Assembly: GCA_963736015.1 (NCBI GenBank)
Contig: CAVTNG010000009.1
Span: 129,005 to 193,004 of the forward strand
DNA length: 64,000 nt
DNA from: an uncultured Chloroflexia bacterium
GTDB lineage: Bacteria; Chloroflexota; Dehalococcoidia; DSTF01; JACRBR01
Direction of reading: 5' to 3'
The notes beneath the pieces are model-generated. The model did not search any database and was not told the origin of the DNA. It saw nothing but the letters and a program-made list of their open reading frames with translations. Of this stretch, positions 31,643 through 40,232 are shown in pieces; the stretch's first letter is position 1, and every line of letters begins with the position of its first letter. A program made the position numbers and the translations under genes.

Positions 31643-32972
31643 GAAGCCTCCGGCCGCGCGAGCGCGATGATCTCCCGCACAGACGTCGCCGTCTCGATGC
31701 CGTCGATGGCGTCCCGAAGCCGCTCCGCGCGCTCCCGCCCGATCACCGGCGACGCCAGCCCGAAGAACTTCGCCGACAGCGCCTCCCACTGCCGCTCGAG
31801 GTCCGCCGCCGGCCGCCCCGTGTCTGCGTCCGCGCACAGCTCCCGCCCGTCCGCGATCACCCGCACCGATCCCCGCGTCGAGGGCAGCCCCTGCTGCGGC
31901 GCGTACGTCACCCGCTCGAGCATGCCGCGCAGCTCCGCGCTCGCCATCCGCTCGTCCGTGAACGCCTCCGGATCGCCCGTGTCGTCGCCCAGCAGCGCCA
32001 TCGCCGTCGTCGCCCGCAGGCTGAACTTGCCCTCCAGACCCGTCCGCGGCTCCGCGATGTCGCACACGCCGATGCACTCCGCCGATCCCAGGATCGTCGA
32101 CCGACTCGATGTCCTCCGCGCGCAGCCCGTCGCGCCGCAGCGTGAGCGCGGCCTCGATCGGCGCGTGCGTCAGGTAGCACGATGCGTGGTACTTGAACAG
32201 CGTGTCGCGGATCACGAACCGTTCGCCGACGCGCATCGAGCCGCGCCGCGTCCGGCTCGCCGCCGCCGTGCGTCGAAGCGAACCCCTGCGCCGTCTCGAT
32301 GATCGACGTGTTCCCCGTGTACCCGCCGCGCGCCAGCAGCGCCGAGAGCAGCCCGTTCTGCGCCGCCCGCCCCGCGTGCAGCGGCTTCGCCATCGTCCCG
32401 AAGCCGGATTTCAGCCCCGCCGCCTGCGTCCCCGCCAGTGCCATCGCCTGCAGCGTCCGCTCCCGGTCGAGCCCGAGCAGCCGCGCGCACGCCATCGCCG
32501 CGCCGAACGTCCCCAGCGTGCCCGTCGCGTGGAAGCCCAGCGCGTAGTGCCCCGGATTGAGCAGCGCCCCCAGCCGGCACTCCGTCTCGACGCCCGCGAT
32601 CACCGCATCGATGAACGCCGCACCGCCGATGCCCTCCCGCTCTGCAAGCGCCAGCGCCGCCGGCACCACGGGCACGCTCGGGTGCCCCGACATCATCGTG
32701 TGCGTGTCGTCGAAATCCAGCGCGTGCGACGCCGCCCCGTTGATCAGCGCCGCCGACAGCATCCCCGCCCGCTGGCACCGCCCCACCAGCCCCGCGTCGC
32801 CGCCCTCGATCGCCTCCCGCGTCAGGATCTCCGCCAGCGGCTCCCGCGCCCCCGCGATCGCGCACCCGAACCAGTCCAGCAGGCAATGCCGCGCAACGAT
32901 GCGCGCCTCATCACTGACCGCGCCCCGCATCATCCCATCGATGCGCTCAACCAGATCGAGAGTGATCCCCAT
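31639..32972 (-). pseudogene. MmgE/PrpD family protein (2-methylcitrate dehydratase superfamily), two frame changes (~32240, ~32097)
   Basis: MGITLDLVERI...CLLDWFGCAIAG...ASHALDFDDTH...GFHATGTLGTFGAA, then ERFVIRDTLFKYHASCYLTHAPIEA, then STILGSAECIGVCDIAEPRTGLEGKFS. Confidence 0.8.
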
Positions 32973-33040
32973 AAACAACCCTGTCGCCTTGAACCGCAGC
33001 TCGTCAGCAGCAACCAGGCCCGTCAACCGAGTCCAAGCCT

Positions 33041-33066
33041 GTCATCCTGAGCGTAGCGAGGATCCG
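33041..33066. repeat. dispersed repeat family A copy
   Basis: gtcatcctgagcgtagcgaggatccg, in the spacer upstream of the PrpD-family gene. Confidence 0.55.
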
Positions 33067-33134
33067 TCCGACTTGTCCCGACCGATCGTAGCTCGCGCCG
33101 GGTCCGAGGGCGGCCACCATTATGCCCCCGATTC

Positions 33135-33210
33135 ACGATACTCCCCTCATGCCCGACTTCGACCCCTCCGCCTACACCCTCCTCCGCAAAGGCCACGCCT
33201 TCGAGGACTT
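33135..33210 (+). repeat. direct repeat DR1: duplicate of the 5' UTR plus first 21 codons of the MaoC-like gene
   Basis: 75/76 nt identical to 33784-33859 (offset 649). Carries ATG 33149 and a truncated 29-codon ORF ending with TGA at 33236-33238. Confidence 0.85.
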
Positions 33211-33272
33211 GACGCCGTCGGCCCTCAATCGCACCTGACCGGCACCGAGTGGATAAGGCGCGCGCCTTCGCG

Positions 33273-33695
33273 TCAGCTCTTGCGCGTCAGCACGACGACC
33301 GGGATCGTCCGCGCCGCATTCTTCGCGTACTCGATGAACTGAGGCATCTTCTCCGCATGCTGCGCGTACAGGCGCTCATGCTCCGCGCCGCTGGCGATCG
33401 TCGCTTCTACGGCGATCACTTCGGTGTCCACCTCGATCACCGCGGATGGGTTCGCGACGAGGTTGTGGAACCAGTCGGGACTCGACGGCGCGCCGCCCTT
33501 GGACGCCACGATCACGAATCGGTCGCCGTCCCTGCTGTACGCAAGCGGGTTCCAGCGCGTCTGCCCCGTTCGCGCCCCCGTCGTCGTGAGGATGAGGATG
33601 TCCATCCCTTCCAGCCGCCCGCCCACCTTGCCGCCGTTCGCGTGGAACTCGGCCATGATCTGCCTGTTGAAGTCGTCCATAGCCGGGTTGGGCAT
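33273..33695 (-). CDS. deazaflavin (F420)-dependent nitroreductase family protein (Ddn/DUF385-like)
   Basis: ATG 33695 follows AGGAGG. MPNPAMDDFNRQIMAEFHANGGKVGG...ILILTTTGARTGQTRWNPLAY...VIVASKGGAPSSPDWFHNL. Confidence 0.8.
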   Translation of the reverse strand: MPNPAMDDFNRQIMAEFHANGGKVGGRLEGMDILILTTTGARTGQTRWNPLAYSRDGDRFVIVASKGGAPSSPDWFHNLVANPSAVIEVDTEVIAVEATIASGAEHERLYAQHAEKMPQFIEYAKNAARTIPVVVLTRKS

Positions 33696-33783
33696 CGATG
33701 CGCCTCCTGTCGTTGCGTGGTCCGACCAGTCCCGGCCCGTGCCGGCACGTCGCTGCGGGTAGCCGCCCCCACATCCCCGATCT

Positions 33784-33859
33784 ACGATACTCCCCTCATG
33801 CCCGACTTCGATCCCTCCGCCTACACCCTCCTCCGCAAAGGCCACGCCTTCGAGGACTT
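33784..33859 (+). repeat. direct repeat DR2 (functional 5' end of the MaoC-like gene)
   Basis: Partner of DR1. Weaker similarity extends about 30 nt further upstream on both copies. Confidence 0.85.
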
Positions 33860-34293
33860 CACACCCGGCGCCACTTTCACGCACCACTGGGGCCGCACCC
33901 TCACCGACGCCGATAACGCCATCTTCACCGCCGCCACCCTCGCCTACAACCCCCTCTACTTCAACGCCGAGCACGCCCGCGCCAACGGCCATCCCACGAC
34001 CGTCATCAATCCGATGCTCGTGCTCTGCACCGTCGTCGGCCTCTCCGTCGAGGACCTGAGCGAGGCCGGCGGCCCATTCCTCGGCGTCGATGACTGCGAC
34101 TTCCGCGCCGCCCGTCTACCCCGGCGATACTCTCACCGCCGAAAGCACCGTCGTGTCAGCACGCGAGTCTGGCTCCCGTCCCGGCTTCGGCATCGTCACG
34201 TGGCGCACAACCGGCCGAAACCAGCGCGCCGAGACCGTCGTCGAGTACACCCGAACGAACCTCGTCGCGAAGCGGCGCGGAGGCTCCTCGTGA
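33798..34293 (+). pseudogene. MaoC-like (R)-specific enoyl-CoA hydratase (itaconyl/mesaconyl-CoA hydratase-like), frame change near 34103
   Basis: MPDFDPSAYTLLRKGHAFEDFTPGATFTHHWGRTLTDADNAIFTAATLAYNPLYFN..., then PVYPGDTLTAESTVVSARES...IVTWRTTGRNQ. Length 3n+1. Confidence 0.8.
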
Positions 34294-35492
34294 GCGAAGG
34301 CAACCCCTACCTCACCGAAGAGCGTCTCGAGATCCAGGCCGCCGCCCGCGCCTTCGCGATGGACGAAGTGCTCCCGCTCGCCAACGAGCTCGACAAGCAG
34401 AAGGCCGACATCCCCCGCGACTTCCTCCGCCGCCTCGGCCAGGCCGGCTACTTCGGCATCATGATCGGCCGCGAGCACGGCGGCATGGGCCTCGGCGTCT
34501 TCGAGTACGCCCTCATCACCGAGGAGCTCGCCCGCGGCTGGATGTCCGTCGCCAGCATCATCGCCCGCGGCAACGGCATGGGCACCAACTCTCGCGATCC
34601 GCAGCGCCGCGCCGAGTTGCTCCGAAAGAGCGCCGCCGGCGAATGGATCGGCGCCGCCGCGCTCTCCGAGCCGAGCGCCGGCTCCGATCTCGCCAACATC
34701 CAGTGCCGCGCCACGCGCGATGGCGACGACTACGTCATCTCCGGCGAGAAGCGCTGGTGCGGCAACGCCCTCGCCGCCGACTTCATCATGCTCCTCGCCC
34801 GTTCCGCGGACCCGGCCGAGGGCGAGAACCGCTCCCGCGGCCTCGAGAGCTTCCTTATAGAGAAGAAGCGCGACGCCTTCCCCGAAGGCCTCACCGGCAC
34901 CCCCATCGACAAGATCGGCTACTACGGCATCACGACGTTCCACCTCGTCTTCGACGACCTCCGCGTCCCCTCCGATGCGCTCCTCGGCGCCCGCGCCAAC
35001 GACGCCGCCCACACCCCGCGCGCCGCCGGCCGCGCCTTCAACGCCACCATGCACGGCCTCAACATCGCCCGCATCCACACCGCCGCCCGCGCCATCGGCC
35101 TCGCCCGCGGCGCCCTCGAGGACTCGCTCGCCTACGCCGCCGAGCGCGTGCAGTTCGGCCGCCCCATCGGCGCCTTCCAGGCCATCCGCTTCAAGCTCGC
35201 CGACATGGCCACCCAGATCGAGGCCGCCCGCGCCCTCATGTACCAGGTCGCGCAGCGATGCGACGCCGGCGAGAACATAGAGAAGGAAGCGGCCATGGCG
35301 AAGCTCTTCGCCACCGAGATGGCCGAGCGCGTCACCGGCGAGGCCATCCAGGTCCACGGCGGCAACGGCTACACCACCGAGCGCGCGGTCGAGCGCTACT
35401 GGCGCGATGCCCGCCTCACCACCATCTTCGAGGGCACGTCCGAGATCCAGCGCGTCATCATCTCCGACCGCCTCCTCGGCCGCTCCCGATGA
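34290..35492 (+). CDS. acyl-CoA dehydrogenase (canonical FEGTSEIQ type)
   Basis: GTG overlaps the upstream stop (GTGA). 400-aa intact ORF with GAAALSEPSAGSDLANI...GEKRWCGN...IFEGTSEIQRVIISDRLLG. Confidence 0.9.
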   Translation: MSEGNPYLTEERLEIQAAARAFAMDEVLPLANELDKQKADIPRDFLRRLGQAGYFGIMIGREHGGMGLGVFEYALITEELARGWMSVASIIARGNGMGTNSRDPQRRAELLRKSAAGEWIGAAALSEPSAGSDLANIQCRATRDGDDYVISGEKRWCGNALAADFIMLLARSADPAEGENRSRGLESFLIEKKRDAFPEGLTGTPIDKIGYYGITTFHLVFDDLRVPSDALLGARANDAAHTPRAAGRAFNATMHGLNIARIHTAARAIGLARGALEDSLAYAAERVQFGRPIGAFQAIRFKLADMATQIEAARALMYQVAQRCDAGENIEKEAAMAKLFATEMAERVTGEAIQVHGGNGYTTERAVERYWRDARLTTIFEGTSEIQRVIISDRLLGRSR

Positions 35493-35966
35493 CGAGTCAC
35501 CGGCGCGCACAACTATTTCGAAGACTTCATCCCCGGCGCCCGCTACCGCCACGCCCGCGGCACCACCGTCGGCGAGGTCGAGAACCAGCTCCTCACCAAG
35601 CTCGTCATGAACACCGCCCACGCCCACTTCAACGAGCACGCCATGAAGGACGGTCCCTTCGGCCAGCGCATCGTCTTCGGCCTCGTCACCGGCTCCATCA
35701 TCATCGGCCTCGCCACCCAGGACTGCGCCGAGAACGCGCTCGCCGAGCTCCGGCTCGATAAGATGCGCTTCACGGCCCCCGTCTTCCACGGCGATACCCT
35801 CTACGCCTACACCGAGGTGCTCGCCGTCGACGACGCCGATCGCCCGGACGCCGGCGTCGTGCGCTTCAAGCACACCGGCACGAATCAGGACAACGCCGTC
35901 GTCTTCGAATGCGAGCGCACGGTGCTGATCAAGCGCCGCCCGCCGCAGCAGCAGGAGCAGCCATGA
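35489..35966 (+). pseudogene. second MaoC-like hydratase, frame change within the first few codons
   Basis: Frame 0 reads VTGAHNYFEDFIPGARYRHARGTTVGEVENQLLTKLVMNTAHAHFNEH...FTAPVFHGDTLYAYTEV but has no start. ATG 35489 (ATGA overlap with the ACAD stop) is in frame 2. Confidence 0.75.
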
Positions 35967-37183
35967 CCGAGCGCACCGGCCCCCTCACCGACCTGCGCGT
36001 GATCGATCTCACCCAGGCGCTCGCCGGTCCCTTCTGCACCATGCTCCTCGCCGATCTCGGCGCCGACGTCATCAAGGTCGAACCTGCCCGCGGCGACATG
36101 ACGCGCGGCATGCCCCCCTGGCGCGGCGACCGCGAGGCCGCGCCCTACGGCGGCTACTTCGCCAGCATCAACCGCAACAAGCGCAGCATCGCCCTCGATC
36201 TCCGCAAGGACGCCGACCGCGAGGTCCTCTTCCGCCTCGTCGAGACCGCCGACGCCGTCGTCGAGAACTCGCGCACCGGCGTCATGGACCGCCTCGGCGT
36301 CGGCTACGAGACCATGCGCGCCCGCAACCCCCGCATCGTCTACGGCGCCATCCGCGGCTTCGGCGATCCCCGCACCGGCGCCAGCCCCTACGCCGACTGG
36401 CCCGCGTTCGATGTCATCGCGCAGAGCATGGGCGGCGTCGTCGGCCTCACCGGCCCCACCGGCTCGAAGGGCTTCCCCGCCGGCTCCAGCATCGGCGATC
36501 TCGTCCCGGGCACCATGACGGCGCTTGGCATCGTTTCCGCCATCTACCGCGCGAAGCAGACCGGCGAGGGCCAGTTCGTCGATGTCGCCATGTACGACGC
36601 CATCCTCGCCATCTGCGAGAACCTCGTGTACCAGTACTCGTTCGCGGGCCGCGTGCTCGAGCCGAAGGGCACCGGTCACGCCGCCCTCTGCCCGTTCGAC
36701 GTCTTCGAGACGTCGGACGGCGCCGTCGCCATCGCCGCCCCCACTCCGCACCACTGGAGCGTGCTCTGTGCCATCATCGATCGCGTCGACCTGATCGATG
36801 ATCCCCGCACGTTCGAGAACATCGCCCGCCTCGAGCACAGCGACATCGTCATCGACGCCATCTCGTCGTGGACGAAGCAGCGCACGCGCCTCCAGGTCGT
36901 CGAAGAGCTGTCCGGCCGCGTACCCTGCGGCCCGGTGAACACCGCCACCGACATCTTCAACGACCCGCACGTCGCCGCCCGCGGCATGCTCGCCGATGTC
37001 GAGCTGCCCGATGGCGAGCGCGTCCAGATCGCCGCCCCGCCGATCAAGTTCACAGAGACCCCCACGCGCGTCTACCGCCGTCCACCGCTCCTCGACGAGC
37101 ACCGCGCCGAGATCCTCGCCGAAGCCGGCATCGAAGACCCCGGCTCATCAGCGAAGGTGCCAACGAAGGACACCGCATCATGA
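35963..37183 (+). CDS. family III CoA-transferase (CaiB/BaiF; itaconate/mesaconate CoA-transferase-like)
   Basis: ATGA overlap. MTERTGPLTDLRVIDLTQALAGPFCTMLLADLGADVIKVEP...YFASINRNKRSIALDL. 406 aa, intact. Confidence 0.9.
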   Translation: MTERTGPLTDLRVIDLTQALAGPFCTMLLADLGADVIKVEPARGDMTRGMPPWRGDREAAPYGGYFASINRNKRSIALDLRKDADREVLFRLVETADAVVENSRTGVMDRLGVGYETMRARNPRIVYGAIRGFGDPRTGASPYADWPAFDVIAQSMGGVVGLTGPTGSKGFPAGSSIGDLVPGTMTALGIVSAIYRAKQTGEGQFVDVAMYDAILAICENLVYQYSFAGRVLEPKGTGHAALCPFDVFETSDGAVAIAAPTPHHWSVLCAIIDRVDLIDDPRTFENIARLEHSDIVIDAISSWTKQRTRLQVVEELSGRVPCGPVNTATDIFNDPHVAARGMLADVELPDGERVQIAAPPIKFTETPTRVYRRPPLLDEHRAEILAEAGIEDPGSSAKVPTKDTAS

Positions 37184-38088
37184 CCACCCGCCTCCGCCGC
37201 TCCGAGCTCGCCGTCCCTGGCTCCCAGCCCCGCATGATCGAAAAGGCGCCAACCTCCGGCGCCGACCTCGTCTTCCTCGACCTCGAGGACGCCGTCGCGC
37301 CGCCGCAGAAGGAACACGCGCGCGCCGCCGTCATCGACGCCCTCAACGACCTCGACTGGGGCCGCACCGTCCGCGCTGTCCGCGTCAACTCCGTCGACAC
37401 CGTCTGGGCCCACGACGACGTCATCGACGTCGTCACGAACGCCGGCGCGAATCTCGACATCATCATCGTCCCGAAGGTGAAGGCCCCGCGCGACGTCTGG
37501 TTCGTCGACACGCTTCTCTCGCAACTCGAAGCGAAACTCCGCCTCGATCACCGCATCGGCCTCGAGCTGCTGATCGAAGAGACGGAAGCCCTCGCGCGCG
37601 TCGAGGACATCGCCGCCTGCTGTCCCCGCGTCGAGGCGCTGATCCTCGGCGTCGGCGACCTCTCCGCCAGCCAGGGCATCCGCTCCGGCCACGTCACCGA
37701 CCCGTCGATGCGCTACCCCGGCGACATGTGGCACTACGCCCGCAACCGCATGATCGTCGCCGCCCGCGCCAACGGCCTCGACGCCATCGACGGCCCCTAC
37801 CCCAACTATCGCGACGCCGATGGTTACCGCCGCGACGCCACCTGGGGCAGCACGCTCGGTTGCGCCGGCAAGTGGTGCATCCATCCCTCGCAGATCGAGA
37901 TCGCCAACGACGTCTTCGCCCCCACCGAAAAGGAGATCGCCCTCGCCCAACGCATGTGCGATGCCTACGAATCCGCCCAGAGCGGCGGCGCCGGCGCCGC
38001 CGGCGAGTCCGGCGTCCTCGTCGACGCCGCCTCCGTCCGCATCTTCCAGGCCGTCCTCGACCGCGCCCGCCTCACCGGCCGCCTCTAA
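37180..38088 (+). CDS. HpcH/HpaI aldolase / citrate lyase beta (CitE)-like acyl-CoA lyase (citramalyl/malyl-CoA lyase-like)
   Basis: ATGA overlap. MTTRLRRSELAVPGSQPRMIEKAPTSGADLVFLDLEDAVAP...IIVPKV...GVGDLSAS...GKWCIHPSQI. Confidence 0.9.
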   Translation: MTTRLRRSELAVPGSQPRMIEKAPTSGADLVFLDLEDAVAPPQKEHARAAVIDALNDLDWGRTVRAVRVNSVDTVWAHDDVIDVVTNAGANLDIIIVPKVKAPRDVWFVDTLLSQLEAKLRLDHRIGLELLIEETEALARVEDIAACCPRVEALILGVGDLSASQGIRSGHVTDPSMRYPGDMWHYARNRMIVAARANGLDAIDGPYPNYRDADGYRRDATWGSTLGCAGKWCIHPSQIEIANDVFAPTEKEIALAQRMCDAYESAQSGGAGAAGESGVLVDAASVRIFQAVLDRARLTGRL

Positions 38089-38116
38089 CCCGCGCTCGCC
38101 GCCACCCACACGCGGA

Positions 38117-38198
38117 GGGCAGGCGCCCGCCTGCCCAGGCACCTGATCGCGCCCGCGACCCGTCCACCACCGTGGGGCGCAGGCGCCCCCGCCTGCGC
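38117..38198 (+). terminator. two related GC-rich hairpins downstream of the lyase gene (REP-like; no U-tract)
   Basis: GGGCAGGC-GCCC-GCCTGCCC (38117-38136) and GCGCAGGC-GCCCCC-GCCTGCGC (38177-38198). Confidence 0.3.
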
Positions 38199-38255
38199 GA
38201 GCGTCGATCATGGCACTGTGCGATGGGCCCTTGACGCCTCCGCTGCACCCGATAC

Positions 38256-38313
38256 GTCATCCTGAGCGCCAGCCCTGTCATCCTGAGCGCCAGCGAAGCA
38301 ACTGGCTCGATCC
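38256..38313. repeat. dispersed repeat family A, half unit plus full unit
   Basis: gtcatcctgagcgccagccct + gtcatcctgagcgccagcgaagcaactggctcgatcc. Confidence 0.6.
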
Positions 38314-38388
38314 GCAACCACCGCCACAACTCCCGGGCATACCCGCGCGCTCCGCGTCATCACGCCCTACCGCCTCCCTCCCCTAAAG

Positions 38389-38413
38389 CCTCCGCGCCCT
38401 CTGCGGTGAACCG
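38389..38413. repeat. dispersed repeat family B copy
   Basis: cctccgcgccctctgcggtgaaccg. Compare 30384-30416. Confidence 0.55.
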
Positions 38414-38483
38414 ATCCCCGAAACCTTGAGCATTGTGACCCCCTGCACTAACCTGCCCCCGAAGCCAGAATCCGGAGACCCAC

Positions 38484-39023
38484 ATGTCCCTCGATACCCG
38501 CTGGACCGACGTCGACGCGCTCCTCACACGCTCCCCCCGGACCCAGGAGGAGACGCTCGCCCAGGCCGTCACCCAGATCGCCGAGCTGCGCTTCAAGTAC
38601 CCCACACCCGAGCTCCCCTCCTACCGCTCCTACGTCAACGTGCCCGCGGTCACCATGGCCGTGCAGTCCGGCAAGGATGAGCTCACTCCCGACATCGTCG
38701 TCGTCGAGCGCATCAACACCGGCGAGACCGAGCTTCGCATCACGGCCGCCGTCGCCAATGAGGAGCAGGTGACCGAGGCCGAGGCGAAGCTCCGCTGGGC
38801 CCGCTTCGCAGCCATTCCCGACACGGCCTTCTACCTCTTTGTGCCCGTCGGCTACGGCGCTCAGGCGAAGAAGATCGCCCACGGCCTGAAGATCCGCGTC
38901 GAAGGCTTCCGCACCTGGCGCACCACCCCGCGCGGCTTTGAGATCAACGACATCTCCGGCGCCCCCGGCGCCTTCAACGCCCTCATGCCCGGCTTCGTCC
39001 GCCGCTTCATGGCCACCCCGTAA
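38484..39023 (+). CDS. hypothetical protein (orphan, flanked by repeat-dense spacers)
   Basis: 179-aa ORF, GGAG about 10 nt upstream of the ATG. No family recognised by eye. Confidence 0.5.
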   Translation: MSLDTRWTDVDALLTRSPRTQEETLAQAVTQIAELRFKYPTPELPSYRSYVNVPAVTMAVQSGKDELTPDIVVVERINTGETELRITAAVANEEQVTEAEAKLRWARFAAIPDTAFYLFVPVGYGAQAKKIAHGLKIRVEGFRTWRTTPRGFEINDISGAPGAFNALMPGFVRRFMATP

Positions 39024-39131
39024 CGCGCACTTCCCACATCCGTCTCTTCGAAGGGCGCCACATCGAATGTGGCGTCGCCTGGTTCTGACGACGGTCGAAC
39101 GCCTCTACGGCCCGCACGCCCCGAACGCCCT

Positions 39132-39178
39132 GCCATCCCGAGCGCCAACCATGTCATCCCGAGCGCTAGCGAGGGATC
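39132..39178. repeat. dispersed repeat family A, half unit plus full unit
   Basis: gccatcccgagcgccaaccat + gtcatcccgagcgctagcgagggatc. Confidence 0.6.
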
Positions 39179-39327
39179 TACTCCGCACCACCTCCACCGT
39201 CACATCTCCCGCTACCCCGGCGCGCGCCGCCCACCGCTCGGAGTTCGACCCCCGCCCGGCGTACCATCGCCACATGCGCATCGGGACCGACACCTCACTC
39301 CAACACCACCGGCCGCCAAGCACCCTG

Positions 39328-39484
39328 CGTTCGATTGCCCCGGGCCCGGTCCAATCAAGTCCAATCAAACGCAATCAGACAATTCCGCCTCGCGCACGCC
39401 GCCGCAGATTCAAAGCACCCGGGAACCGTGCCCTCAGACCCTCGCAACACGCCGCAGAAAAACGCGCGAGAACGCAATCAAAGC
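39328..39484 (+). mobile_element. MITE-like ~155-bp repeat, copy A (family C)
   Basis: Aligns along its length with the reverse complement of 58219-58363. Imperfect termini cgttcGATTGC...GCAATCaaagc. Internal CAATCA(A/G) reiterations. Confidence 0.5.
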
Positions 39485-39500
39485 CCGGACGCCAGCCGAT

Positions 39501-39528
39501 GTAACCTTTCAGTGCCCCCTTCCGTCTA
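39501..39528 (+). promoter_or_regulatory. ECF-type promoter candidate (GTAACC-16 nt-CGTCTA) upstream of the ECF sigma gene
   Basis: Matches the generic ECF pattern of an AAC-containing -35 and a CGTC -10. Sits 24 nt upstream of GTG 39552, suggesting autoregulation. Confidence 0.45.
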
Positions 39529-39551
39529 ACTCTGTGAAAGGGGAAAGAGAC

Positions 39552-40232
39552 GTGGACGACCCGCGCGGCGGCTCCGCACTCGCGCTCCTCGAGCGCGCAA
39601 AATCCGGCGATAAGGACGCCTTCGGCCTCCTCGCCGAGGAGCATCGCGCCGCTCTCCTCCGCCTCTGCTACAAAATGACCGGATCGCACGAAGAGGCCGA
39701 GGACCTCGTCCAGGAAACCCTCCTCAAGGCCTTCACCCACATAGGGGAGTTCGAGCTCCGCGCCTCGCTCTCAACGTGGCTCTTCCGCATCGCCACCAAC
39801 GCCTGTCTCGACCACCAGCGTGGCCGCAAGCCCTGGGATCTCGACAGCCGCTGGCAGTGGTTTCGCGAGAACGGCGAGCTCGTGAAGCAGGTCGAGCAGA
39901 CCCTCTACCTCTCGCCCGAGCGCTCCGCCGAAGTGCGAGAGGTCGCCGCGACGTGCGTCAACTGCATCGCCATGTCGTTGCCCGCGAAGCAGCGCGCCGC
40001 CCTCGTCCTCTGCGACCAGATCGGCCTCTCTCGCGAGGAGGCCGCGCACTCCATCGGCGCCTCGGTCGCCTCCGTGAAGACGGAGCTGCACCGCGCCCGC
40101 AAGACCATGACCGACGTCTTCGAGAAGCGCTGCGCCCTCGTCGACGCCAACAACGAGTGCGATGGCTGCCTCGTCGCCGGCCGCATACAGCGCACGCGGC
40201 GGCCCGAAGCAGTCAGCGAAGGAGAAGTCCCC
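39552..40232 (+). CDS. ECF (sigma-70 family, group 4) RNA polymerase sigma factor
   Basis: GTG 39552. Region 2 is HEEAEDLVQETLLKAFTHIGEF...STWLFRIATNACLDHQR. Region 4 is LPAKQRAALVLCDQIGLSREEAAHSIGASVASVKTELHRARK. No stop before the next gene in this frame. Confidence 0.8.

Noticed and set aside
35490-35492. Stop-codon readthrough fusing the ACAD to the downstream MaoC domain
   Set aside because: The ATGA start/stop overlap pattern is used at four other junctions in the same operon, and an indel near the ATG is the simpler explanation.
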